From an uncultured Acidobacteriota bacterium (GTDB lineage: Bacteria; Acidobacteriota; UBA6911; RPQK01; JAPXNP01): a DNA stretch of 64,000 nt. The notes beneath the pieces were generated by a model. That model was not told the origin of the DNA. It ran no database searches and saw only the letters and a program-made list of their open reading frames with translations. Below are positions 10,111 through 18,357 of the stretch, piece by piece. The position numbers and the translations under genes are program-made. Location of the stretch: positions 288,001-352,000 of the forward strand of contig CAVZRV010000010.1 of assembly GCA_963777605.1 (NCBI GenBank). Reading direction: 5' to 3'. How positions within the stretch are numbered: the stretch's first letter is position 1; each line of letters opens with the position of its first letter.

Positions 10111-10752
10111 GTGAAGCTTACATTCGTATTTGAACCTTGGCACTACTTCGAATCAAAGCTTAGTCTAAGGCCAAATTGGATAGTCGCAGCCGCGGGTCCC
10201 CTTCTCTGCTTCCTTCTGCATTGGTTCTCCTTCTGTGTTATTCACAACAAACTCACACATCAAGTTGAAACAGACCTTGGCGATCGGCTGGCAGTCCTAA
10301 TATCAGCTAAATGGATCTATGTGATGGATTTCTTTGGAGCAGCAGGTTATGTCCTTATGCCAATTTTCGCAGCTACCATTGTGGCCTGTGTCGATATCCT
10401 TGCCCGGCAACCGAAGAAGTTGGATCGCTTCTTCGAATTCACCGGACTAAGTTTCTATAGTCTTTTACCCTATCTGCTTTCAGTGCTCTTACTAGCTCTC
10501 GCCTTTGATCCTCCCGCAATGAAGGCCGTCGGCCCAATCTCGAATGAAGATATTCGTTCCACTATTCAAGATTTTATGATCAGCGTCCGAGCAACGCCAA
10601 CTATCCTCTTGATCACGAATTTAGGCATCCTTTTCGATGGTTGGCTGGCAATTTTGATCGCCAATTCGTATCGAAGTGTTAACCAGTGTTCCCGAACAGC
10701 CTCGATTGCCACCTCAATCGGAGTCTTCGGGATGATTGTCCTCACGACTTGA
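10111..10752 (+). CDS. Yip1-like multi-pass membrane protein
   Basis: N-terminal F-x-F-E-P-x-x-YF...RPNW pattern, about 5 hydrophobic segments and a YSLLP motif. Similar in layout to the Yip1 protein at 30460. Confidence 0.6.
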   Translation: MKLTFVFEPWHYFESKLSLRPNWIVAAAGPLLCFLLHWFSFCVIHNKLTHQVETDLGDRLAVLISAKWIYVMDFFGAAGYVLMPIFAATIVACVDILARQPKKLDRFFEFTGLSFYSLLPYLLSVLLLALAFDPPAMKAVGPISNEDIRSTIQDFMISVRATPTILLITNLGILFDGWLAILIANSYRSVNQCSRTASIATSIGVFGMIVLTT

Positions 10753-10759
10753 GGAGAAC

Positions 10760-11290
10760 ATGAAAGACCTCCGTAATTTGGTCCTAATTAACATCTCAAT
10801 TCTCGGCGCCGCAGTTTTTCTGGGGATAGTGCTTGGATGGGATTCCGCAGGTCTCTTCACGATACAAGAACCTAAGTGGATGGGATTCTCAACCGCGCTC
10901 CAAGACTTTGTAAGAATTTCTCTGAATAACCTTTTCCTAGTCAGTCTCGCAGTAGTAGGCGCCGTTACTTTTGGGACGATGTCCATCGCCATCGTGATCT
11001 GGAACGGTCTATTCTTAGGATTCAATTTACCTACGATTGCTGCGCTGGGCATTCAAGAAGCCGGCTATCTCGTCCTCTACCTGCCGCTTGAATTTCTGGG
11101 AATCTGCATGGCAGCGACCGTAGGTGAATCCGCAGGCTGGTGGCTGTTCCGCTCTCTTATAAGCCCTACCCCTCCGGATTATGGAAGTTGGAGAGGCACC
11201 GTTGGACTTGCGAAGACTTCTGCTCTTCTCATTCTTGCTTCGGCTGGACTCGAGACGACCGCAAAGATAATTCGGAATTATGGAACCTAA
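10760..11290 (+). CDS. Stage II sporulation protein M / DUF95 membrane protein
   Basis: GAGGAG RBS. Family pattern I-x-x-NN...G-x-x-T-F-G...NG-x-x-LG...x-x-x-LE...A-x-x-x-G...A-x-LE. Confidence 0.8.
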   Translation: MKDLRNLVLINISILGAAVFLGIVLGWDSAGLFTIQEPKWMGFSTALQDFVRISLNNLFLVSLAVVGAVTFGTMSIAIVIWNGLFLGFNLPTIAALGIQEAGYLVLYLPLEFLGICMAATVGESAGWWLFRSLISPTPPDYGSWRGTVGLAKTSALLILASAGLETTAKIIRNYGT

Positions 11291-11780
11291 ATTACGATCC
11301 AAGTGGAAGAGGCTGGACCACCGCGCCGCATTTCTGGCTTTGGGCGTGACATTGGCCGTGCTCGCATCAGCGGGAGCCCTGATCCATCCTCACCCACCAG
11401 ACCGGGAGAATCTCTCTGGAATTATGTGCGTTGATCTTGACGGGAACTCCAGGGAGTGCACTCAAGTCATGGGAAACAAATCCCTTCTAGTTTTCAGTGT
11501 CTTCTGCACAAATTGCCGGGATCTCATCTCAGAGATTCCGCGCTCTGAGAAACTGGTCGGAATCAGCTCTCACTCTCTCCCCTATTTGCGCTATTACCGA
11601 ATCAAGCTGGGGATTCGGTGGCCGATCGTGCGTGTTGAAAAGCCCGTACTCCGCGAAATTGGGGTAACCACGCTGCCTACGCTACTCAGACTTGACGCCA
11701 ACGGGAAAATCGTGTCCCGTCTAACTGGAAAGGCGAACATCCTATCGGCGATTCGACTGCTTCATGAGGACCAACGATAA
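11280..11780 (+). CDS. Membrane-anchored thioredoxin-fold (TlpA-like) thiol-disulfide oxidoreductase
   Basis: N-terminal TM segment, LLVFSVF-CTNC, and cis-Pro loop region GVTTLPTLLRLDANGKIV. Confidence 0.8.
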   Translation: MEPKLRSKWKRLDHRAAFLALGVTLAVLASAGALIHPHPPDRENLSGIMCVDLDGNSRECTQVMGNKSLLVFSVFCTNCRDLISEIPRSEKLVGISSHSLPYLRYYRIKLGIRWPIVRVEKPVLREIGVTTLPTLLRLDANGKIVSRLTGKANILSAIRLLHEDQR

Positions 11781-12646
11781 TGGCCACACTTCGAATCTCA
11801 GATCTGGTCAAGCGATTTCCGAAATTCCAACTTGGACCGATCAACTTCGAGCTAACCCCCGGGACAGCCTGCGGTCTGCTTGGGCCAAACGGGGCGGGCA
11901 AGTCCACGCTGATGAACTGCATCGCGGGGCAACTTACGCCTGATGAAGGGAAGGCTAGTTGGGATGACACGCCCCTCACCCGTCGAAACTGGAAGATCCG
12001 CGAACGCGTCGGATACGTACCGGAGCAGAGCCGCATGTACGACTCCGTGACAGTCGCTCAGACTCTCCTTCTATGTTCCAAGATATACGCACAGTGGGAC
12101 AGCAGATTTGTGTCAGATTGGCAACAACGATTCCAACTCGACGGGATTAAGAAGGTTGGGAATCTGTCAAAGGGCATGCGCACGAAACTGCAACTGCTTG
12201 TTGGGTTGGCACACGGTTCAGAACTCTTGCTCTTGGATGAGCCTACAGCAGGCTTGGATCCCGATGCCCGTGTCGACCTTCAGCATTATATTCGTCAACT
12301 GATCAAGGCAAAGAGCGCGTGTGCCATCATCTCATCACATCTCTTTGAGGACATCGAGACCATGGCTAGTCACGTCAAGATTATCCGTGCAGGACGAATC
12401 GTATTCGACCTCGCGACCACTGAACTTCCTGGGCTGAGGCTTTTTCGAGTTATTTCCGGAGCTGCCTCCAAGAGCAAGGTCTCAGAGCTGGCCCTTCTAG
12501 CGTCTCACAATCAGGATGGGGACCTTCTGTTGCTGGCCCCCGAATCGGCAAAACCAATGATAGAGAGGCAATGTCCAGAATGTTTCATCACGGCTGAGAC
12601 GATCAGCTTAAAACAGATATATTTTCTAACCAAGAACGAGTCCTGA
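11780..12646 (+). CDS. ABC transporter ATP-binding subunit (peptide/drug exporter type)
   Basis: Walker A GPNGAGKST, signature LSKGM, Walker B LLLDEP, SSH switch. TAATG coupling to the upstream gene. Confidence 0.95.
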   Translation: MATLRISDLVKRFPKFQLGPINFELTPGTACGLLGPNGAGKSTLMNCIAGQLTPDEGKASWDDTPLTRRNWKIRERVGYVPEQSRMYDSVTVAQTLLLCSKIYAQWDSRFVSDWQQRFQLDGIKKVGNLSKGMRTKLQLLVGLAHGSELLLLDEPTAGLDPDARVDLQHYIRQLIKAKSACAIISSHLFEDIETMASHVKIIRAGRIVFDLATTELPGLRLFRVISGAASKSKVSELALLASHNQDGDLLLLAPESAKPMIERQCPECFITAETISLKQIYFLTKNES

Positions 12647-12649
12647 TTC

Positions 12650-13300
12650 ATGAGACACGTATTCATTCTGATTGCCAAGGAACTATTCATACACCGCCTT
12701 GAATTGTCTATATCAACGGCAGGAATTTCAGGAATCGCTATATTTGCGTTCCAAATGAGATCTCCGGAAACCTACACGCAAGGTCTTGTAATCATTTCTA
12801 TGCTCAATGTTGCTCTAATGATGGCCTCGACAGAGTGGCTTTCTTACATGGAGCGGGCTAAGGGAACCTTTCTCTGGCTTCGTACGCTTCCTGTTTCGGA
12901 CAAAGCAGTAGTCACTGCAAAATTCGTTACGAACGGGATAATTCTCACTTGCTGCTACCTCTCAGCTGTCTTAATCCTGAATCTACATGTCGCTGTTGAG
13001 CGCCTGCTTCCAGTTATCGCATTCTGGTTGGGATTGCTTTCTCTTGGATCCTTTATGCTCTTCACTAAGCTCGTGTTGAGCCGGCGGCTCGGGCCGAGCG
13101 TCCCGCTGATGGTAGTCTTCGTTCTCATGATGGGTTGGAGGGCACTCTCCACTCGAGCACCCCACGCGGCGTCGATGGTGTCTAGTTTCCTTTCGAATCC
13201 CTTTGTCTTCATCACGCTCGAGGTTCTCTCAATCCTGTCCTTCTGGTACATGATGTGGATCTGGATTGCCTCCCGAGACACTCACAAACTAATCGACTGA
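12650..13300 (+). CDS. ABC-2-type permease
   Basis: About 6 TM segments and ERAKGTFLWLRTLPVS...VTAKF motif. Directly follows the ATPase. Confidence 0.85.
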   Translation: MRHVFILIAKELFIHRLELSISTAGISGIAIFAFQMRSPETYTQGLVIISMLNVALMMASTEWLSYMERAKGTFLWLRTLPVSDKAVVTAKFVTNGIILTCCYLSAVLILNLHVAVERLLPVIAFWLGLLSLGSFMLFTKLVLSRRLGPSVPLMVVFVLMMGWRALSTRAPHAASMVSSFLSNPFVFITLEVLSILSFWYMMWIWIASRDTHKLID

Positions 13301-13326
13301 CCGGACCTCTCGGATCTCTGTCTTGA

Positions 13327-13353
13327 GGTCCCAGCGGTCCTTTGGGTCCCATT
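13327..13353. repeat. Degenerate 9-bp tandem (GGTCCYnnn x3)
   Basis: GGTCCCAGC GGTCCTTTG GGTCCCATT, at the right edge of the low-GC operon. Confidence 0.45.
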
Positions 13354-13514
13354 TTCCCGGTTCTTGAGACCGCGACGGGACCGTGGGGCTTCTGATGAAA
13401 TGGATATCTTTGCCTCTCCACAATCGGCCGCCCAACCGGGCGCGGCTTTCCCTGACCCCTGGCCCTTGATTGAAATCAGTTCCTGGCCGGTCGATACTGG
13501 GATTGCAGGGGCAC

Positions 13515-13946
13515 ATGAAAATGAAGCAACCATCCTGGCTGGAAGAACTCGATCACACGGCTGACGCAGGCATTGTCGTCTCCGCCGGAAATCTCTCCGA
13601 ACTTTTCGAGCGGACGGCATGGGCGATGTTCAACCTGATCCTCGACATGGATGTGGTTCGACCCGTCGAGCAGGAATCGATGGCAGTGGAAGGATCCGAC
13701 CTGGAGGACTTGATGGTTCGCTGGCTCTCGGAACTCAACTATCGGCACATCACCAGAGCCAGAGTGTTTGGCGGCTTTCGAGTCAAAGAGATTAACGAGC
13801 GGTCCCTGCGCGCGGACATTCAAGGAGAGGCGATTGCCCCTGGTCGCCACTCCGTCTTCGCCGAAATCAAAGCCGTTACCTATCATGGACTCAGTATCAT
13901 CGCGACTGATCGCGGGTTTCAGGCTAGAGTAATCTTTGATCTGTGA
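13515..13946 (+). CDS. Archease
   Basis: N-terminal DHTAD and C-terminal EIKAVTYHGL...VIFDL are archease hallmarks. Directly upstream of rtcB. Confidence 0.95.
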   Translation: MKMKQPSWLEELDHTADAGIVVSAGNLSELFERTAWAMFNLILDMDVVRPVEQESMAVEGSDLEDLMVRWLSELNYRHITRARVFGGFRVKEINERSLRADIQGEAIAPGRHSVFAEIKAVTYHGLSIIATDRGFQARVIFDL

Positions 13947-13953
13947 GGCAGCC

Positions 13954-15396
13954 ATGGCAGACATAACCCTCGTCAAGCGGACTGACTTCTGCTGGGAAAT
14001 TCCTCCCCGGGGCGGGATGCGTGTTCCGGCCAGGATTTACGCGACCGAGCAAATGGTCGATGCCATCCTCTCGGACAATGCTCCTCAACAGGCGATGAAC
14101 GTCGCTCACCTGCCCGGCATCGTGAAGGCGTCGCTCGCCATGCCGGATATCCACTGGGGATACGGCTTCCCGATTGGAGGCGTGGCCGCATTCGATCCCG
14201 ACGAGGGGGTGATCTCCCCGGGCGGAGTCGGCTACGACATCAACTGCGGCGTCCGCCTCATGGCAACCCACCTGGAACTCAGTGCCGTCAAACCGAAGAT
14301 CAAGGCTCTGATGCAGGACCTCTACATCCAGATTCCGACCGGCGTCGGCGCCTCGGTGCCGCAAAAGGTGAGCCGGAAAGAACTCGAGCACGTGGTCCAG
14401 GAAGGAGCCGGCTGGGCAGTCAAGAACGGACTCGGCGAGCGCGCTGACCTTGACCTCATCGAAGAATGCGGCTGCATCCGGCAGGCCGATCCCGGGCAAG
14501 TCTCGGAACGGGCGTGGGAACGGGGTTTTGCCCAACTCGGCACGCTCGGATCTGGCAACCATTTTCTGGAAGTGGGCTACGTTGCCGAGATCTACGATCG
14601 GGACGCAGCACAGGTCCTGGGCCTGCAGGAAGACCAGGTCACGGTGATCATTCACTGCGGCTCCCGCGGTTTCGGGTACCAGGTCTGCGATGATTTTCTC
14701 GCGCTCATGGACAAGGCGGCCCGAAAATACGGAATCGAATTGCCCGACCGCCAACTGGCTTGTGCACCAGTCCAATCCGAAGAGGGACAGGCGTACCTGG
14801 GTGCCATGCGCTGCGCCATCAACTACGCATTCGCAAACCGCGAGGTCATCGCCCAGCGGGTCCGCGAGTCGTTCCTCAGGGCCCTCTCAATCTCGCCGCG
14901 CGATCTCGGCGCGCGCACCGTCTACGAGGTCGCCCACAACATCGCGAAGTTCGAACAGCACGAGGTTAGCGGGAAGAATCGCATGCTCTGCGTCCATCGC
15001 AAGGGCGCCACGCGGGCGTTCGGTCCCGGTGAGCGCGAGATCCCGGAACGCTACCGGTCGGTCGGGCAACCCGTCCTCGTACCGGGTGACATGGGTCGTT
15101 ACTCCTACGTCCTGGTCGGCACCAGCCAGGCAATGGAGGAGACTTTCGGAAGTACCTGTCACGGCGCAGGCCGGGCCATGAGCCGCCACAAGGCGATAAA
15201 GGCGGCACGCGGCCGGGATATCAGCCGTGAACTGGAGAGCAAGGGGATTTTCGTGATTGGCCACAGCAATAGAACGCTGGCCGAAGAGATCTCCGACGCG
15301 TACAAGGATGTTTCGGAGGTGGTGGACGCGTGTCAGGGAGCCGGGATTTCCCGAAAGGTCGCACAGTTGAGGCCCATCGGATGCATTAAAGGTTGA
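13954..15396 (+). CDS. rtcB: RNA 2',3'-cyclic/3'-phosphate--5'-OH ligase RtcB
   Basis: MPDIHWGYGFPIGG, GVGYDINCG, GTLGSGNHF, HCGSRG, HRKGATR, STCHGAGR. Confidence 0.97.
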   Translation: MADITLVKRTDFCWEIPPRGGMRVPARIYATEQMVDAILSDNAPQQAMNVAHLPGIVKASLAMPDIHWGYGFPIGGVAAFDPDEGVISPGGVGYDINCGVRLMATHLELSAVKPKIKALMQDLYIQIPTGVGASVPQKVSRKELEHVVQEGAGWAVKNGLGERADLDLIEECGCIRQADPGQVSERAWERGFAQLGTLGSGNHFLEVGYVAEIYDRDAAQVLGLQEDQVTVIIHCGSRGFGYQVCDDFLALMDKAARKYGIELPDRQLACAPVQSEEGQAYLGAMRCAINYAFANREVIAQRVRESFLRALSISPRDLGARTVYEVAHNIAKFEQHEVSGKNRMLCVHRKGATRAFGPGEREIPERYRSVGQPVLVPGDMGRYSYVLVGTSQAMEETFGSTCHGAGRAMSRHKAIKAARGRDISRELESKGIFVIGHSNRTLAEEISDAYKDVSEVVDACQGAGISRKVAQLRPIGCIKG

Positions 15397-15471
15397 CCTC
15401 GCTGACTGGTCGTTAGTTGAGAGGATTCGCCGGTCACCCTGCGGATCTCTCCCGGACAGGAGGATGAATTC

Positions 15472-15999
15472 TTGAAACGAAAAGTCACAGCTACGCTGTT
15501 CCTGGCCCTGTGCCTGCTCCCTTCGGCGGCCTTATCCCAGTCGAATCCGGCAGATCCTTCCGACGTCGAGTCCGAAGACGCGATTCTGAAGGCCGTCTAC
15601 GAGACCATCTCGGGTCCTGCCGGGGAAGGCCGTAATTGGGAACGGTTTCGTTCCCTGTTCCTCCCCGAGGCCCAACTGGTCTCCACATTCAAGCGGCTGG
15701 GCCAGGAGAAGGTTCAATATCGAGCGATCACACCGGAGGAATACATCACTCTCTCCGGCCCGGTCCTCCAACAGAAAGGGTTCTTTGAGAGAGAGGTTCA
15801 CCGCGTGGCCGAACAGTACGGCCCGATCGCCCAGGTTTTCAGCACCTACGAATCCCGCCGTAACCCGGCAGACAAGCCGTTCGCCCGCGGGATCAACAGC
15901 TTTCAGCTCCTCAACGACGGGGAGCGCTGGTGGATCCTGAGCATCTTCTGGACGAGTGAACGCCCGGATCTGCCGATCCCGGAGAAGTTCTTGCCCTGA
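15472..15999 (+). CDS. Secreted hypothetical protein, probably NTF2/SnoaL-like fold
   Basis: GGAGGA RBS, signal peptide, and RNWERFRSLF...RGINSFQL...WWILSIFW pattern. Confidence 0.7.
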   Translation: MKRKVTATLFLALCLLPSAALSQSNPADPSDVESEDAILKAVYETISGPAGEGRNWERFRSLFLPEAQLVSTFKRLGQEKVQYRAITPEEYITLSGPVLQQKGFFEREVHRVAEQYGPIAQVFSTYESRRNPADKPFARGINSFQLLNDGERWWILSIFWTSERPDLPIPEKFLP

Positions 16000-16013
16000 A
16001 GTCAGGGTTGCAA

Positions 16014-16211
16014 GTTTCTGGTTCTTGGTTTCTGGGGTGATGCCCGCCGCGCTGAGGAGACTATTCAGGCAATTCATCCAGTTCGCCCAGATCATCCAGA
16101 CGAAATTTCCGGTTCGAGACTGTATTCGCCGGGCAAGCTGCCCGGCCGCCATCCCAGGCAGGGTTGCCTGGATTACTCGCCACGAGGAATCAGGAACGAG
16201 GCACCAGGAAC
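16014..16211. repeat. Intergenic element: inverted 7-bp arrays enclosing a REP-like double hairpin
   Basis: Left GTTTCTG GTTCTTG GTTTCTG. Right GAGGAAT CAGGAAC GAGGCAC CAGGAAC. Hairpins GCCGGGCA-AGC-TGCCCGGC and CCAGGCA-GGGT-TGCCTGG at 16128-16171. Confidence 0.7.
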
Positions 16212-16218
16212 CCATGCT

Positions 16219-18117
16219 TCACTTGCCTGATCCGCTTTGGTGGATCGGCAAGCGAACCTGGGAGGGATAAGCCGCCGAGTGATGAACACGGTTCCTGGCT
16301 ACCACCGGCTCTGATTCGTCGAAGTTGTTTCCTCCCGTGTTGAGGTTGCGCTCGAACCGGGGAAAATTGCTGCTGGAAACTTCGATCCGGATCTGGTGAC
16401 CCGGTGCAAAATAGTTGCTGGTGGACAACGGACTCAACTCGAGCGGGTAGACTTTCCCCTCTTCCATGAAGACTTCCTTATCGTACCCCTCCCGGTAGCG
16501 CGCTCGCTGGATAGTCTCATCCAGGTTGTAGGCGGTCCCGTCCGGGTAGACATCGATCAACTTCACGGTGAAGTCGGTGTCCCTGGCGTCCGAAGAAACA
16601 TAGAGCGTGATCTTCACCGATCCGGTCACCTCGATCCCCTCCTTCAGCGGATCGGTCGAGTAGACCAGGATGTCATCCCGGGTTTCCAACTGGCGCTGGT
16701 CGTAGGCTCCTGCATCGAGAGCATTTCCCATGCAGCAGACATTTCCTCCGTGGGACGGCACCGGGAACGAGGGATCGTAGGTGAAGCCGTCCGATCGGTT
16801 GTCCGACCCGGGCTTCCCGGTGGTTAGACGGCCGTCACCGAAAACGCTGTTGGCATGTCCCGCTCCCGCCAGGTAGTAGGTCACCATCTCGGTTTCCTTC
16901 GGAGGCCAGGTGGACGACGATTGCCAGCGATTTGATCCCATGGTGTAGTACTGCACTTTCGGGGTCTTCTCGAGTATTCCGTTGTCCTCTCCCTTCAGCC
17001 ACCGGTCGAACCACCCGTAGATCAGGTCATCATAGTCAAGCCGGGCATCCCCCATGTGGCGTTCCCCGACAACGGTGTCCTCAGTAGAACGCCAGTAGCC
17101 GCAGTGGCCGGTCGGTGCGACCACCGCAAACTGGTTGTCGGCCACTTCGGGATCGGTCGCATGGTGCGTCACATGGTTGAACAGAGCCAGGTTAGGGCTG
17201 ATCGAGACATCGTACCAGGACATAAACCAGAGCGAGGGCACTCCGAAGGGCATATTGTCGTGGTACAACCCGCCTTCATACCAGGCCGGATCATTCGGCT
17301 TGCGGCGGATCATCTTCTCGTAGATCCCCTTGGGACCCTGAACGTTCTTGATGATGTCCTGCACCGGAAGATCGCGGAGGGCCTCCGACCAATCCACCCG
17401 GGGCATCTCAGGGGCAAGGTCAAAGAACCGCGACACTCGAACCCGGTCCTCCTGGGTCATGTTGGATGGAAAGGTAGGCCGAAAATCGTTCTGCACGCTG
17501 TAGAGCCAGACCGTAAACAGCATCTGCTGGGCCCCACCGCGGTACCAGTTTCCCTGTTCGTAGTATTGATCGACTCGGCCGACCCCGGCCCCGAATCCCA
17601 TCGGGACCATGGCCGCGTGTGCCGGATGGTTGAGGGCGGCAACCGCCATCTGCCACTCGGCCGTCGACGAGCATCCGAGCGTCCCGACTTTCCCGTTCGA
17701 CCAGGGCTGGTTCGAAATCCAGGTAAGGGCGTCATACCCGTCGCTGGTCGGAGTTCCCAGGATGTCCCAATCTCCTTCCGAAAAATACCTGCCTCGCTCG
17801 TTCTGGACGACAAATGCGTACCCGCGCGTGACGGCCGTGTAGGCCTCGGAGTAGGTGCGCGTGTTCAGCTTGCCATCTCGCCAGGCATTGAAATTGTAAG
17901 GCGTTCGGGAAAAGATCGTCGGAACGGGCGTGTCCGTCCTCGGCCGGTAGACGTCGGTGGCGAGGCGCACTCCGTCACGCATCGGAACCATCAACTTCTG
18001 CTCGATGACGGCGACATCCTGGAGCTGTTCCAGGATGTCGTCCTGGGCCCATCCTGGGGTCACGATCGACGGTGCGGCCAACGCTCCCAACCAGCACAAC
18101 AGCAAGCATCTCTTCAT
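16219..18117 (-). CDS. Secreted CocE/NonD-family (peptidase S15) serine hydrolase
   Basis: [25 protein letters not shown], nucleophile GCSS, C-terminal [11 protein letters not shown]. Confidence 0.93.
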   Translation of the reverse strand: MKRCLLLCWLGALAAPSIVTPGWAQDDILEQLQDVAVIEQKLMVPMRDGVRLATDVYRPRTDTPVPTIFSRTPYNFNAWRDGKLNTRTYSEAYTAVTRGYAFVVQNERGRYFSEGDWDILGTPTSDGYDALTWISNQPWSNGKVGTLGCSSTAEWQMAVAALNHPAHAAMVPMGFGAGVGRVDQYYEQGNWYRGGAQQMLFTVWLYSVQNDFRPTFPSNMTQEDRVRVSRFFDLAPEMPRVDWSEALRDLPVQDIIKNVQGPKGIYEKMIRRKPNDPAWYEGGLYHDNMPFGVPSLWFMSWYDVSISPNLALFNHVTHHATDPEVADNQFAVVAPTGHCGYWRSTEDTVVGERHMGDARLDYDDLIYGWFDRWLKGEDNGILEKTPKVQYYTMGSNRWQSSSTWPPKETEMVTYYLAGAGHANSVFGDGRLTTGKPGSDNRSDGFTYDPSFPVPSHGGNVCCMGNALDAGAYDQRQLETRDDILVYSTDPLKEGIEVTGSVKITLYVSSDARDTDFTVKLIDVYPDGTAYNLDETIQRARYREGYDKEVFMEEGKVYPLELSPLSTSNYFAPGHQIRIEVSSSNFPRFERNLNTGGNNFDESEPVVARNRVHHSAAYPSQVRLPIHQSGSGK

Positions 18118-18265
18118 CTTCCCAACACCCTTCCTCCAGCAGACCTCCCGAGAATCAGGCTCGATCAAGGGGTCCCTTTGGCTTTTCCGAAATCGCATAT
18201 TACCTGCCCGGGCAAGGAAAAGCGACCGCCTTCTGAGAGCTAAGCTGAAGCTTCATTCAGGATGA

Positions 18266-18357
18266 GTTCCTGGTTCCTGGTTCCTGGTTCCTGGTTCCTG
18301 GAGGCACACTAATCCAGGCGGCTCTGCCTGCTATGGCGGCCGGGCAGCTTGTCCGGC
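18266..18357. repeat. (GTTCCTG)x5 tandem plus an inverted copy of the REP-like double hairpin
   Basis: Five perfect heptamers at 18266-18300. The reverse complement of 18309-18357 aligns with 16127-16175. Confidence 0.8.

Noticed and set aside
9872-13300. Lanthipeptide, sactipeptide or thiopeptide interpretation of the Cys/Ser/Thr-containing peptide
   Set aside because: No LanB/C/M, radical SAM or YcaO gene in or near the operon.
13515-15396. RtcB/archease as immunity for the upstream peptide
   Set aside because: The peptide has no nuclease features, the GC content differs, and a 214-nt repeat-containing gap separates the two units. Adjacency is the only evidence.
18266-18300. CRISPR array
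   Set aside because: Contiguous 7-bp tandem with no spacers and no cas genes. No CRISPR-like repeat-spacer pattern was noticed anywhere in the window.
16127-18357. Composite transposon or IS carrying the CocE/NonD gene
   Set aside because: No transposase and no target-site duplication seen. The same unit occurs elsewhere (55.6 kb), so it is better treated as a dispersed repeat.
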